A DNA stretch of 64,000 nt from an uncultured delta proteobacterium. Its GTDB lineage: Bacteria > Myxococcota_A > Polyangia > Polyangiales > Polyangiaceae. The translations under genes were made by a program, and so were the position numbers. The notes beneath the pieces are model-generated. The model was not told the origin of the DNA and made no database searches. It worked only from the letters and a program-made list of their open reading frames with translations. The stretch lies in NCBI GenBank assembly GCA_963716725.1, contig CAVQUB010000032.1, forward strand, positions 224,001 through 288,000, written 5' to 3'. Below are positions 1 through 11,128 of the stretch, piece by piece. Every line of letters starts with the position of its first letter. Position 1 is the first letter of the stretch.

Positions 1-1726
1 GAGCTCGAAGCGTCTCGGGTCGACGCGCGACGCCGTAGACGCTCGCGCGCCGCCTCGACGCGAGACGATCCCGTCGCGCACCTCGCGCGCACCTTCTCGG
101 CCGGCCGCTCGTGCGGGTCGCCGTAGCCGCCGCCGCCGCCGGCCTCCTGCACGTAGAGCGTGCCCGGCCGGGACGCCCTGCGACGAGGTCCTTGCTCGTC
201 GGCGCGGTAGCGCGTGCCGTCCGGGTAGTCGCAGCTCGATCTTGTTGAGCGTGCCGTCGCCGCCGCCGAAGAGCCCGAAGGCCGGCTCGACGTCGCCGTC
301 GCCGAAGGTGACGATCTGCGTGTCGTCGCCGCCGACGACGGTAGCGCGTCTCGACGCCGAGCCCGCCGCGGTGCTTGCCCGGCGCCCGCCGAGTCGCGGC
401 AGGTACTCGTGCGTCGAGCAGGCGGTGCGGCGTCTGCTGCTCGAACATCTCGTAGTCCTGATCGAGCACGCCGCCCGAGGCGTCGATCATGCCGATGTGG
501 TCGTAGCCGTCGCAGTCGCGCAGTCGCCCCCGAGCCGCCCTTGAGCCCCATGAAGAGGATGTCGACGTAGGTGTCGTCGCTTGCGCGGATCCCGGCCCGT
601 CGACAGCGAGCAGAGCAGCTGGTTCCAGCCCGCGGTCACGCGCTCCGGGATCGACCGGCGCGAGCGCGCGGATGATGGCGTCGGCGTTCGGCGGGCAGAG
701 GTGGTTGCCGAAGGTGGTCGCCGCCGGGTAGGCGGCGTTCAGGATCGTGCCCTCGGGGATGACGATCTCGATCGGCTGCGACCATCCCGTGGTTGTGCGG
801 GATGTCGCGGGTTGACCATCTGCAGGAAGGTGAGGAGCGTCGCCGACGCGCTCGAGGTGTAGGTGCCGTTGACGAAGCCCGTTGGTCTGCGCGTCGGTGT
901 CCGAGTAGTCGAAGCGTGATGTGCTCGTCCTCGACCGTGATCGTGACGCGGATCGTGTACGTCGAGCCCGGGTGTCTTGCCGTCGAAGTAGACCGTGGCT
1001 CTCGCCGCGGTAGACCCCGTTCGGGATGGCGCGGATCTCCGCCTCCATCATCTTGCGGGTCGACTCGAAGAGGGCCTGCTTGTGCGCCTCGAAGCGCTCG
1101 AGCCCGTACTTCTCGATCGAGCGCCGCGAGCCGCCGCTCGCCGACCGTGCAGCTGCCGATCTCGGCGCGCATGTCCTCCTGGACGATGGGCAGGCGGATG
1201 TTGGCGAAGATGAGGTCCCAGACGTCCTGGCGCAGCTTGCCGCGCTCGAAGACCTTCACCGCCGGGATGCGCAGCGCCTCCTGCCAGACCTCGGTGGCGT
1301 TCGGGTTGTAGCCGCCGCGCACGGCGCCGCCGATGTCGGCCTGGTGGCCCTTGGCGGCCGACCAGCCGACCAGCGTGTCGCCGACGAAGATGGGCTTGAA
1401 GGCCGCGACGTCGTTGTTCTGGTTGCCGAGCGAGAAGACGTCGTTGTGGAAGAAGACGTCGCCCGGGATAGACGTCGCCCGCGAACTTCTCGGCGATGTG
1501 CTGGCAGACCGGGCTCAGCGAGAAGCTGAGGATCGGCAGGTTCTCGGTCTGCTCGAGCATCCGCCCCTCGGCGTCGTAGAGGCCGGTGACGAAGTCGTGC
1601 GCCTCGCACAGGATCGGCGAGCGCGTGCGTCTTCTCCATGCTGATGCTCATCTCGTCGGTGATCGCCTTGAGCGCCCGGCCGATGATGGAGACGAGGACC
1701 TTGTCGATCGTCGATGCTGCGCTCAT
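1..1726 (-). CDS. Hydantoinase B/oxoprolinase family protein (several apparent indels; 3' end runs off the window)
   Basis: Fragments across frames give [59 protein letters not shown] and NIRLPIVQEDMRAEIGSC. ATG at 1724-1726 overlaps the upstream TGA (ATGA). Confidence 0.85.
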
Positions 1727-3869
1727 GTCGCGCCTCCCGTCGCGTCACGACGACAGCGTGCCGTAGCTCGTCGACCCGCGCCGTCGTAGCGCGGCGCTGA
1801 CGAAGATCGTCGTGTCGGTCCGCTCGATCAGCGCCGGGCCCGGGATCGCGTTGCCGGCCCGCAGCGCGTGGCCGTCGTAGACCGGGCACCTCCTCGAAGC
1901 GCGTCGCGCTCGGGCACGAAGGCGCGCCGCTGCGCCCTTGCGCGCGCGCTCGCGGCTCGGCGCCGCCCGCGCGCGAGCGTCGGCAGCGCCGGCTTCTCGA
2001 TCGCGGCCGACCGACCGCACGCGGACGTTGATCAGCTCGAGCGTCGGTGCCCTCGGCCGCGAGGTCGTAGCCGTAGAGCCGGTCGTGCTCGCGCGTGGAA
2101 GGCGCGCGGCGATCGCGGCGAGGTCGCCGCGCTCGATCGCGCTCGCGCGGCACCGGCACGCGTGACCTCGTGGTACTGCTTCACGTAGCGCAGGTCGAGG
2201 CGCGACCTCGTGGTCGCATGCGCTCGGCGGGCACGCCCTCGCGCGTCGCAGCTGCGCGTCGCCCTCGCGCGACCATCTCGTCGACGAGCGCGCGCGAGCC
2301 GCGCCGGGTCGAGGTCGCCGAAGCGGCGCGATGTAGGAGCGCACGAAGTCGTGCTGCAGGTCGCTCAGCAGCATGCCGGCGGCGCAGAGCACCGAGGCCG
2401 TCGGCGGGACGAGCAGCGACGGGGATCTCGAGCTCGCTGCGCGATCATGCAGGCGTGCAGCGCGCCCGCGCCGCCGGCCACGACCATCGGGAACTCGCGC
2501 GGGTCGAGGCCGCGCTTGACGGTGATCTCGCGCACGCCGTGCGCCATGTTGGCGTTGATCACGCGGTACATGCCCGCCGCCGCCGCCTCGACGTCGAGGC
2601 CCGAGCGGCTCGGCGACGTGCGTCTCGATGGCCGCGCGCGCGCGCGTCGGCGTCGAGCGCGCAGCTCGCCGCCGGCGAAGTAGCGCCGGGTCGAGGTAGC
2701 CGAGCACGAGGTTGGCGTCGGTGCAGGTCGGCCGCTCGCCGCCGCGGCCGTAGCAGGCCGGGCCCGGGATCGCGCCGGCCGACTGCGGGCCCATGCGCAG
2801 CAGCCCGCCCTCGTCGATCCAGCCGATGCTGCCGCCGCCCGCGCCGATCGTCGCGATGTCGAGCATCGGCAGCGCGATGCGCAGCCGGTCGATCTCGCCC
2901 TCGGCTTGCCAGCGCCGCCTGCGCCGCCGCGCACCAGCGAGGCGTCGAAGCTCGTGCCGCCCATGTCGACGACGATGCAGTCGTCGTCGCCGTGCGGCCC
3001 GGCGTACGCGACGGCCGCGCGCGGGCCCGCCGGCCGGGCCGCTGAGCAGAGCGTGCGTCGCCGGGCGCCGCGCGGTCGACCTCGGGCAGCGCGACGCCGC
3101 CGTTCGACTGCATGATGAGCAGCACGCCGCCGAAGCCCGGCCTCGGCGAGCTGCGCGGTCAGGCTGCGCGAGGTAGTCGCGCGAGCACCGGGCCGACGTA
3201 GGCGTTCGAGCACCGTCGTCGAGACGCGGTTGTAGAAGCGGACCGTCGGCAGCACCTCGCGACGAGACGCTCAGGAAGGCGTCCGGCAGCTCGCCGCGCA
3301 CGAGCTCGGCCGCCGCGCGCTCGTGCGCGGGGTTGGCGAAGGCGTTCATGAAGCAGATCGGCGACGGCCTCGACGCCCTCCGCGCGGAAGCAGCGCCGCG
3401 GCCTCGCGCACGTCGTCGAGCGTCGAGCGGCTCGAGCTCGGCGCCCCGCGTAGTCGAGGCGCCCGCGCACCGGCCGCCGCAGGTAGCGCGGCACGAGCGG
3501 CACGACGTTCTGGAAGCGGTTGTCGTACTGCTCCTCGCGGATGCCCGCGCCGCATCTCGAGCGCGTCGCGCACGCCCGTCGGTGGTGAGCGAGCCCGGTC
3601 TTGGCGCCGCGGCGCGTCAGCGTCGGCGTTCGTCGTGACGGTCGTGCCGTGCACGATGCGTGGTCGAGCCGCGCGCGAGCTCGGCGCTGCGACAGGCTCG
3701 AGCGCCTTGGCGACGGCGCCGAGCCCGTCGAGCACGCCGATGCACGGATCCTCGGGCGTCGACAGCACCTTGAAGCTCTGCACCTCGCCCGCGCTGGACC
3801 ACAGGAAGAGATCCGTGAAGGTGCCGCCGACGTCGATGCCGATCTTGTAGGTTTCGTGCGGTGCGTCAT
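1723..3869 (-). CDS. Hydantoinase A/oxoprolinase family protein (ATP-binding subunit; several apparent indels)
   Basis: Motifs [86 protein letters not shown] and GGAGALHA. Confidence 0.88.
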
Positions 3870-4501
3870 TGAACCGTCGCCTCTCTGGCGCTCGGGTGGG
3901 CTCGGCGGCGAACGCGTCGCGACCGAGGAGGAACGCCTTGCGGTTGAGCGTGGGCGAACTTCGTCCGCAGCGCTCGGCGATGGCTTCGAGCAGGGCGCCT
4001 TCGCCGACCGGCAAGAGCCCGAGTCCCGCTCGCAGCACCGAGCATCAGCACGTTGAGCGTGCGCGTCTCGCCGACCGCGCCGACGAGCGCCGGCGCGTCG
4101 AGCACGTGACACCTGACCTGCGACGCCTTGCAGCGTGCGCGACGATCGCGCTTCGGGTCCGGGGATGTCGCGTGTTCTCGAGGACGGCCTGGAATGGCAG
4201 CATGACGTGGCGGTTGGTCACCACCCGGGTGCGCCGGTCCCATCTCCGGGACGCGCGCGCAGCGCCTCGAGCGGCTCGAACGCAACCACCACGTCGACCT
4301 CGGGCCCCGCCGTGTGGGAGCTCTCGGCGCCGCCGAAGATCGCGGTGCAACGCACGCTGCCGCCGCGCTGGCTCATGCCGTGGAGCTGCCCGACGACCAC
4401 GGGCTTGCCCTCGGCGTGGGCCGCCATGCGCCGAGAATCTGCGCCGCGGCGAGCACGCCCTGCCCGCCGACGCCGACCAGCATGACCTGAAAGCGGGTCA
4501 C
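3866..4501 (-). CDS. iorB: Indolepyruvate:ferredoxin oxidoreductase beta subunit / 2-oxoacid oxidoreductase gamma-type (frameshifted)
   Basis: Motifs VMLVGVGGQGV, LHGMSQRGGSV, DVVVAFEPLEALR, TLNVLMLGA and LNRKAFLLG. The GTG start overlaps the upstream stop (GTGA). Confidence 0.8.
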
Positions 4502-7500
4502 GGACACGAAGTCCCCTTCACCGTCGAGAGCGCCGGTTCGAGCATACGTCCGCGCAAACGCCGCAGCCGATGCACCACACGGGATCGATCACGACGTGCT
4601 CGCGGGTCGGGTCCATCACGATGGCCGGGCAGCCGAGGGCCTCGATGCAGGCGCGGCAGTTGCCGCACAGACCGCACTGCAGGCAGCGACGCGCTTCGGC
4701 ACGAGCGTCGGCAGCGGATAGCCCCTGCACGACCTCGTCCATGCTGCGAACCGCTCGCTCGCGGGCGAGCTCCTTCGGCGTGAGCCGGGGGGTCGGCGGC
4801 GCCTTGGCCGTCACCAGCGGGCGTTGCTTCGGCAGGGACGGCGGCGGACGACGATCGGCTGCGGTCGAACCGCGCAGCTCGCTGTCGATGCCCCACGCGG
4901 CGCGCAAGCCCCACGCGATGGCGCCCGTCACAGTGCGATCGCCCGCGACCAGATCGCCGCCCGCAAACACGCCCGCGCGCGAGGTGCGCCCCGTGAGCGG
5001 ATGCGCTCTGACGAGCCCGGCCTCGTCGACTTCGAGCCCCGTCGCGGCCAGCACTCTCGCATCCGGCTCCTGGCCGATGGCAACGATGACCAGATCACAG
5101 GCGAGCCGGAGCTCGCTGCCGTCCGCGAGGCCGGTGACGATCAGTGCGCCGTCGTCGAAGCGAAGGGGACGCACGCCGGTGCGAAGCGTGATGCCTTCGT
5201 GCTCGGCGGCGGTGATCTCGTCGCGCAGCGCCGGCATTGCGTTCAGCTCTTCGAGGCACGCGATGGTGACGCCTGTTGCGCCTCGACGCAGCGCGGTGCG
5301 CGCCGCGTCGACTGCGGCGTTGCCGCCGCCGATCACGACGACCTGTCGGCCCGCAGGCGCATCGGCGTCGAGGCGAATGGCGCGCAGATAACCCAGGGCA
5401 TCGATGCTGCGCGGGGCAGCGTCGCGATCGCTGCCCGGCAGCGCCAGGGTCTTGCTGCGATGGGCGCCGATGGCCAGAAACACGGCTCGGAAGTCCGCGC
5501 TCGAGATCGTCCAGGGAGATCTCGCGACCGAGGCGTTTTCCACCTTCGAAGCGGACTCCGAGGCGGAGCACGCGCTCGATGTCACGTGCGGACTGTGCCG
5601 CGGGCAGGCGGTACTCGGGGATGCCGTGGGTCAGGAGGCCGCCCGGCCGCGCCTCGGCGTCGAAGAGCGTGACGCTGTAGCCGCGCACCGCGAGCTCGTG
5701 GGCGGCGGACAGGCCCGCGACGCCCGGCGCCGATGATGGCGACCGCTGTTCCATGCGCCGGCTCCCTCGGCGTCTCGAGAAGGTCCGGGCGTTCGCGCTC
5801 GGCCCAGTCCACGACGAAGCGCTTCAGATCGTTGATCGCGACGGGCTCGTCGAGGCCGCGGCGGACGCAGCCGTCTTCGCAGGGTCGGTCGCAGACGCGA
5901 CACACCGAGCTCGGGCAGCGGCGTGCGCGCCATCACGTGCTGCAAGGCCTCGGCGTTTTCGCCAGCCGCGATGTGGCCCGCGTAGCCCTGAATGCACAGC
6001 GACAGCGGGCAGCGCTCGGCGCAAGGCGCGACGGATGACTCGAGATCGAGCGCGCCGCGCTGGCTGGCCACGCGCGCGAGGTTTCGCTCGAAGCCTTCGG
6101 TGATGGGCACGTCGCAGCGCAGGTGGTGCTCGGCGCGACCGCAGGTACGGCAGCGATCGGCGTCGGCAACGTAGGCCGGCGGCCGAGCGGCGGAGCCGGT
6201 GCGATCGCGACTCGGCCACCGGACAGGCGCGCCGCACCACGATCACGCTGGTGCCCTGGGCGCCGCGGGCGCGCCGAAAGGCCGCGCTCGAGGCCTCGAG
6301 CTGGTAGGGGTCGATGGTCTCGACGTGGCGGGCGCCGAGGGCGCGCGCCACGTCCTCGATGCGCTGCTCGCGGGTCGGGGCTCTCCTGGAAGCCCGTCAT
6401 CGCGGTGATCTCGTTGTCGAGCACGACCGCGACGACGTTGGCGTTCTCCTTGACCGCGTCGAGCAGCGCCGGCATGCCGGCGTGGAAGAAGGTCGAGTCG
6501 CCCATGAAGCCCACGGTGCGCTTGCCGGTGACCTTGGCGACGCCGGCGGCCAGAGTGAAGCCCGCGCCCATGCAGAGCAGCGCGTCGGCGGTGCTGAGCG
6601 GCGGCGCGTAGCCCAGCGTGTAGCAGCCGATGTCGTTGATGTAGAGCTGGTCTTCGTCGAACGCCGCGCGCGCCGCGACGAAGGCTGCGCGGTGCGGACA
6701 GCCTGGGCAGAGCGATGGCGCACGCACGGGGACCACCGGGCAGGGCTGGCTTCTTGCGTGGAAGCTCGCCGATGCCGGAAGCACCTCGAAGAGCGCGCGC
6801 TGGATGACCTCGGCGCTCGTACTCGAACTCCTCGGGCAGGTGCCCGGAGCGCTTGCCGAGGATCTTCGATGAGAGGCCGATGGCGCGCGCTGAGGGCGAG
6901 GAGCGCGTTCTCGAGGAACGGCGACAGCTCCTCGACGACCAGGACACGCTCGACTCCGCGCAGCGCGGTCGACGAGCTCGCGCTTCGGGCAGCGGATGCA
7001 CGGTGCCGAGCCGCCAGAGCGGCGACTCGGTCAGTCGCGCCGGCCAGCTCCAGCAGATCCGCGACTGGTCGCGGCCGGCGCGCCGGACGCGAGCACGACG
7101 TCAGGGCTCTGGCCCTCGGATGCGGAAGAAGCCCGACTCCGCCATCCACGCGCGGGCGATCTCGATGCGCTCCTTGAGCTCGAGGCGCATGCGCCGCGCG
7201 TTGGCCGGAACGGGCACGTAGCCGCGCCGGGTCGCGCACGAAGCCCGCCGACCTGACGCGGCGCGGAGCCGGTCCCAGCTCCACCGGGCCGCGCGTGTGC
7301 GCCACTCGCGTGGTGGTGCGAATCAGGACGGGCAAGCGACTCGCTTCGCACAGCTCGAAGGCCGCGCGGGTCATCGCATGGGCTTCGGCGGGCGTGCTCG
7401 GATCGAGGATCGGCAGGTGCAGCATCGGACCGAGGTGGCGCTGGTCGGCCTCGTTGGGGCTGGTGTGGCACGACGGATCGCCCGCGCTGATGATGACCAT

Positions 7501-7867
7501 GCCCGCCTCGACGCCGACGTACGGAATGGTCGAGATGCGGGTCACCGGCCACCATCAGGCCCAGGTGCTTCATCGCGGTCAGCGAGCGAGCACCGGCCAG
7601 GGCGGCGGCGAAGGCGAGCTCGAGGGCGATCTTCTCGTTGACCGAGTACTCGAAGGCGATCTCGCGCGCTTTCGCGATGCGCGCGAAGCCATCGGTGATC
7701 TCCGACGACGGCGTGCCGGGATAGCCCGCCACGAACACCACGCCGGCTTCTAGTGCGCCGCGCACGATGGCGTCGTTGCCGAGCAGGTGCACGACTCCAT
7801 CGGCACGGTCGTCCAGGAGTGGATCGCTTCGACCGGAGCTGCGAGCAACTGTGCTGTCTCGGTCCAC
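4498..7867 (-). CDS. iorA: Indolepyruvate:ferredoxin oxidoreductase alpha subunit fused to a GltD-like FAD/NAD(P) oxidoreductase and a C-terminal 4Fe-4S domain (about 1120 aa; several apparent indels)
   Basis: IorA motifs LLGNDAIVRGALEAGV, GYPGTPSSEI, SVNEKIALE, MKHLGL, RAPSLCPGCPHR, DIGCYTLG, GDSTFFHAG and DNEITAMTGFQ. GltD-like motifs CRVCDRPCEDGCVR, GIPEYRLP, VIGGGNAAVDAART and GVFAGGD. Ends CLQCGLCGNCRAC..LGCPAI..CIGCGVCADVC. Confidence 0.82.
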
Positions 7868-7901
7868 TCGACAGTCGTTCCACGCATCCGGGGGGACCTA
7901 C

Positions 7902-9431
7902 ATGACCCCGGTCATGTCGAGATTGACGCGGTGCATTGCGCCCGGGGTGGTAGCGTCTCTCTGGGTCGACGTGGCTTCGGTTTACCTGGGCGGGGTGCTG
8001 ACTGCTTGGTGCGTGACGCAACTGGCGTTGGGCGTGTTCTTCGCGCTCGTGCACCTCGTCGCTCGGCGTGAGCGCGACTTGCTCATCTACGGGGCCATGT
8101 GCTTGGCGCTGGCGTACCACAGCGCGAGCAGCGCCCGCGCGCACTTCGCCCTGACGGTCGCCGAGCGCTTCGACGCGGTCACCGGCGTGGTGCAGGCGGC
8201 GCTGATCACGGCCGCGTTGAACCTCCACTTCGTCGCGGCCTTCGTCGGGTGGCCGGGCCGTCGGCGCTGGCTCGTTGGCCTCTATGCCGCGGCGATTGGC
8301 TTCGAGGTCGCGGTCGCGCTCGGCCATTGGTGGCACCTCGACACCGCGGTCTTGTCCGAGGCTCGGCTCTTCGGATGGGAGTTCAGCCACTGGCGCGCCG
8401 AGCCGACCCCAGTGGCGAAGCTCGGCTTCGCCTGGGTGGGGATCCAGCTCGTGATTGCGCAAGCGGGGCTCTGTCGCGCCGCGATGAGCGGTCAACGCGA
8501 AGCGTACTTCGCCTTCGCAGGGGGCCTGACGGTCGTCGCGGCGGCGACGAATGACGTGCTGCTCAGCACCGGCGTGGTGAAGCACTCCCTCTACTTCGCG
8601 CCCCATGCGTTCATGCTGTACGCCTTCAGCGTCGCCAGCACCGTCGTGTTCCGCTATCGGAGGACCATCACCGAGCTGACCCGGACAGAGCGTGAGCTGC
8701 GCGCGGCGACCGACCAGTTGTCGGTGTCGCACCAGGAGCTCCGGGAGGTCCAAGACGAGCTCACCAAGAAAGAACAGCTCGCGGCGGTGGGCGAGCTCGC
8801 CGCGGCCATCGCCCACGAGGTGCGCAACCCCTTGGCGGTCATCAGCAACGCCGTCGCCGGGCTGAGGCGCCCCGCTGCCGTGGCCGCCGACCGAGAGGTG
8901 CTGCTCGACATCGTGAGCGAAGAGGCCAATCGACTGAACCATCTGGTGACCGACCTGCTCAGATTTGCCCGCCCGAGCTCCCTGAAGCGCTCGCGCATCG
9001 ATCTGGTCGAGCTGATCGAGCACACTCAGGTGCCGCTCGGTGAGCAGCACTCACTCGAAGTGCGCGCCGACGACAGCGCGCGCTTCGTCGAGGCCGATCA
9101 GAATCTCCTGCGGGCGGCCTTCGACAACGTGATCCTGAACGCAGCGCAGGCCACGCCGAAGGGTGGGACCATCGACGTCGAGGTCGAAGATGTCCAAGCG
9201 AATCGCGCGCCGGGCGTCTTGGTCACGCTCAGAGACTCCGGCGCCGGCATGGACGCCGCGACGGTGGCCCGGGCGCTCGACCCCTTCTTCACGACGCGCC
9301 CGAGCGGCACCGGTCTCGGTTTGCCCATCGTGCAGCGCGTCGTCCAGGCCCACGGCGGCCACTTGGAGCTCGAGAGCGAGAATGGCCGTGGCACGACGGT
9401 TCGCATCTGGTTGCCACGCACCGCGCCGTGA
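7902..9431 (+). CDS. Membrane sensor histidine kinase (multi-TM N-terminus, HisKA, HATPase); start uncertain
   Basis: About 7 hydrophobic segments, then AIAHEVRNPL, NVILNAAQA, DSGAGM and PFFTTRPSGTGLGL. Confidence 0.9.
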   Translation: MTPVMSRLTRCIAPGVVASLWVDVASVYLGGVLTAWCVTQLALGVFFALVHLVARRERDLLIYGAMCLALAYHSASSARAHFALTVAERFDAVTGVVQAALITAALNLHFVAAFVGWPGRRRWLVGLYAAAIGFEVAVALGHWWHLDTAVLSEARLFGWEFSHWRAEPTPVAKLGFAWVGIQLVIAQAGLCRAAMSGQREAYFAFAGGLTVVAAATNDVLLSTGVVKHSLYFAPHAFMLYAFSVASTVVFRYRRTITELTRTERELRAATDQLSVSHQELREVQDELTKKEQLAAVGELAAAIAHEVRNPLAVISNAVAGLRRPAAVAADREVLLDIVSEEANRLNHLVTDLLRFARPSSLKRSRIDLVELIEHTQVPLGEQHSLEVRADDSARFVEADQNLLRAAFDNVILNAAQATPKGGTIDVEVEDVQANRAPGVLVTLRDSGAGMDAATVARALDPFFTTRPSGTGLGLPIVQRVVQAHGGHLELESENGRGTTVRIWLPRTAP

Positions 9432-9447
9432 TAGAAATCGGATCGCC

Positions 9448-9996
9448 ATGCTGGGACCCAAGCTCGCTGGACTGTGCAAGGATGACTTCGCCGACGGGGC
9501 GATTGTTCACTGGGCGAGGAGCCTCGCCACCGGCGCCGAGCTGACCCCGGAAGAGTGGGCTGTCGCCTCGGAGGTCGAGGCGGTCTTCGAGTGCATGTAC
9601 CTGATGGCTGCCGCGGACGGCGATCTCGGCAAAGACGAGCTGCTGCTGCTCTCGCAGACCCTGGAGGCGATCATTTCGAGCAGCGAGCGCGCGGGCGGAT
9701 CACGCTTCGAGTTGACGCTGCCGCTCTTGAAGCTGGGCGAGACGCTGGACCGGTTCTCGGGACTGCTGGCCGAGCAGGGCCTGCCGCGGCGCATCGAGAG
9801 CGTGGCGCGGCGGCTGGTGTCGGCCAAGAGCCGGGCGCTGGCGCTCAGCTTGGCCGCCGGCGTGGCGTTTGTGGACGACTTCGTCGCCGAGGGGGAGATG
9901 GAGTCCCTCGACGGGCTGGCTCGCGCGCTGGGCTTCGACCACGGCGACGCGCTCCGCGTGCTGCGCGAAGCTCACACCGCGCTCGCGTCCTCTTGA
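9448..9996 (+). CDS. TerB-like (tellurite resistance) domain protein
   Basis: Two acidic helical motifs, MYLMAAADGDLGKDE and VAFVDDFVAEGE, typical of the TerB fold. ATG at 9448 lies within ORF 9163..9996. Confidence 0.65.
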   Translation: MLGPKLAGLCKDDFADGAIVHWARSLATGAELTPEEWAVASEVEAVFECMYLMAAADGDLGKDELLLLSQTLEAIISSSERAGGSRFELTLPLLKLGETLDRFSGLLAEQGLPRRIESVARRLVSAKSRALALSLAAGVAFVDDFVAEGEMESLDGLARALGFDHGDALRVLREAHTALASS

Positions 9997-10000
9997 CGAT

Positions 10001-10969
10001 TCAGGCCCGCAAGATGGCTTCGTTCGTGCCCTCTTCGCCGAAGCCGATGGCGGCTGAGGCCAAGCGCTGGTCTGCATCCGGCGCGTCGTAGGCGGCCCGC
10101 CCCACCTGAGTCGTGCCGAGGGACGGGACCAACGCGGCCACGAAGTACTGCTTGATGAAGTACCACCACATGCTCTCGTGCAGCAGGCGCGGATCGATGC
10201 GTTCGACGAACCTCGCGTGGATCTCCGGCAATTTCGTCCAGTGGGCTCCGGCGTTCTCATGGTGTGCTCCATGCAGGCCGTTGTTGAACAAGAAGAAGTT
10301 GGTGAGCCTGCCGACGAAGCTTCGAGAGTGATTGTGATCCGACCAGGGATCGGTGTGGATGTGCTGCACGTAGTTGAAGACCATGATGGTCCAGAGCGCG
10401 AAGACCGCCGGGACCAGGCAGACCAGCGACCACAAGATCAGGCCTTGCCGCGCGCCGTGCAGCCAGATGGCGAGGGCCAGCAGCGTCGCGTGGGTGCCGA
10501 GCCAGACGACGTATTGGATCTGGATGCGCCGGTAGAGCTTCGGGTTTTTGACCTTGGCCTGGCGGATGAAGGAGGCAGTGGGCTCGGACTGAAAGTAGGC
10601 CGAGATGATCGGGTAGGTCACCAACACCAGGAGGGTGTTCTTTTTCGAGTGGCGCCAGGTGATGGTGGCGTCTCCCGCACGGTTCACGAACTTGTGGTGG
10701 TTCAGGTTGTGAGTCGGGATCCAGGCGAAGGTCGGGTAGCCATAGAAGACCGAGATCACGTGGCCGAAGAGCTCGTTCGCGCGCTTGCTCTTGAAGGTCG
10801 GGCAGTGGTTGTGGTTGTGGGCAATGACGCCGCAGGCCAGCGCGAAGTACGCGCTCAGCCAGAACAGATAGGGCGCCCACTCCGGGCGCGCGAACTGCAA
10901 GGCGACGAGTGCGATGGTCAGGCCGACCCACAAGAGCGTACGGACGTCGGCGGCGAAGCGGAGACCCAT
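10001..10969 (-). CDS. Membrane fatty acid desaturase family protein
   Basis: His boxes HNHNH, HNLNHH, QH and HGAHH, plus TM segments. Confidence 0.88.
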   Translation of the reverse strand: MGLRFAADVRTLLWVGLTIALVALQFARPEWAPYLFWLSAYFALACGVIAHNHNHCPTFKSKRANELFGHVISVFYGYPTFAWIPTHNLNHHKFVNRAGDATITWRHSKKNTLLVLVTYPIISAYFQSEPTASFIRQAKVKNPKLYRRIQIQYVVWLGTHATLLALAIWLHGARQGLILWSLVCLVPAVFALWTIMVFNYVQHIHTDPWSDHNHSRSFVGRLTNFFLFNNGLHGAHHENAGAHWTKLPEIHARFVERIDPRLLHESMWWYFIKQYFVAALVPSLGTTQVGRAAYDAPDADQRLASAAIGFGEEGTNEAILRA

Positions 10970-11128
10970 GGCTGGCGGAAGTTCGCACAGCTTTCGGGGT
11001 CAGTCCAGCTCGAGATGTTCCCAACGGGGTCACGTCACCCGCCCCCTGCTCGCCTGCGAGCGCCGGCGTAGCCGGGCCGCTGCCGTTCGGGTGTTGCCCG
11101 TGAGTGCCGGGGTCGACCGGGCCGCGGT

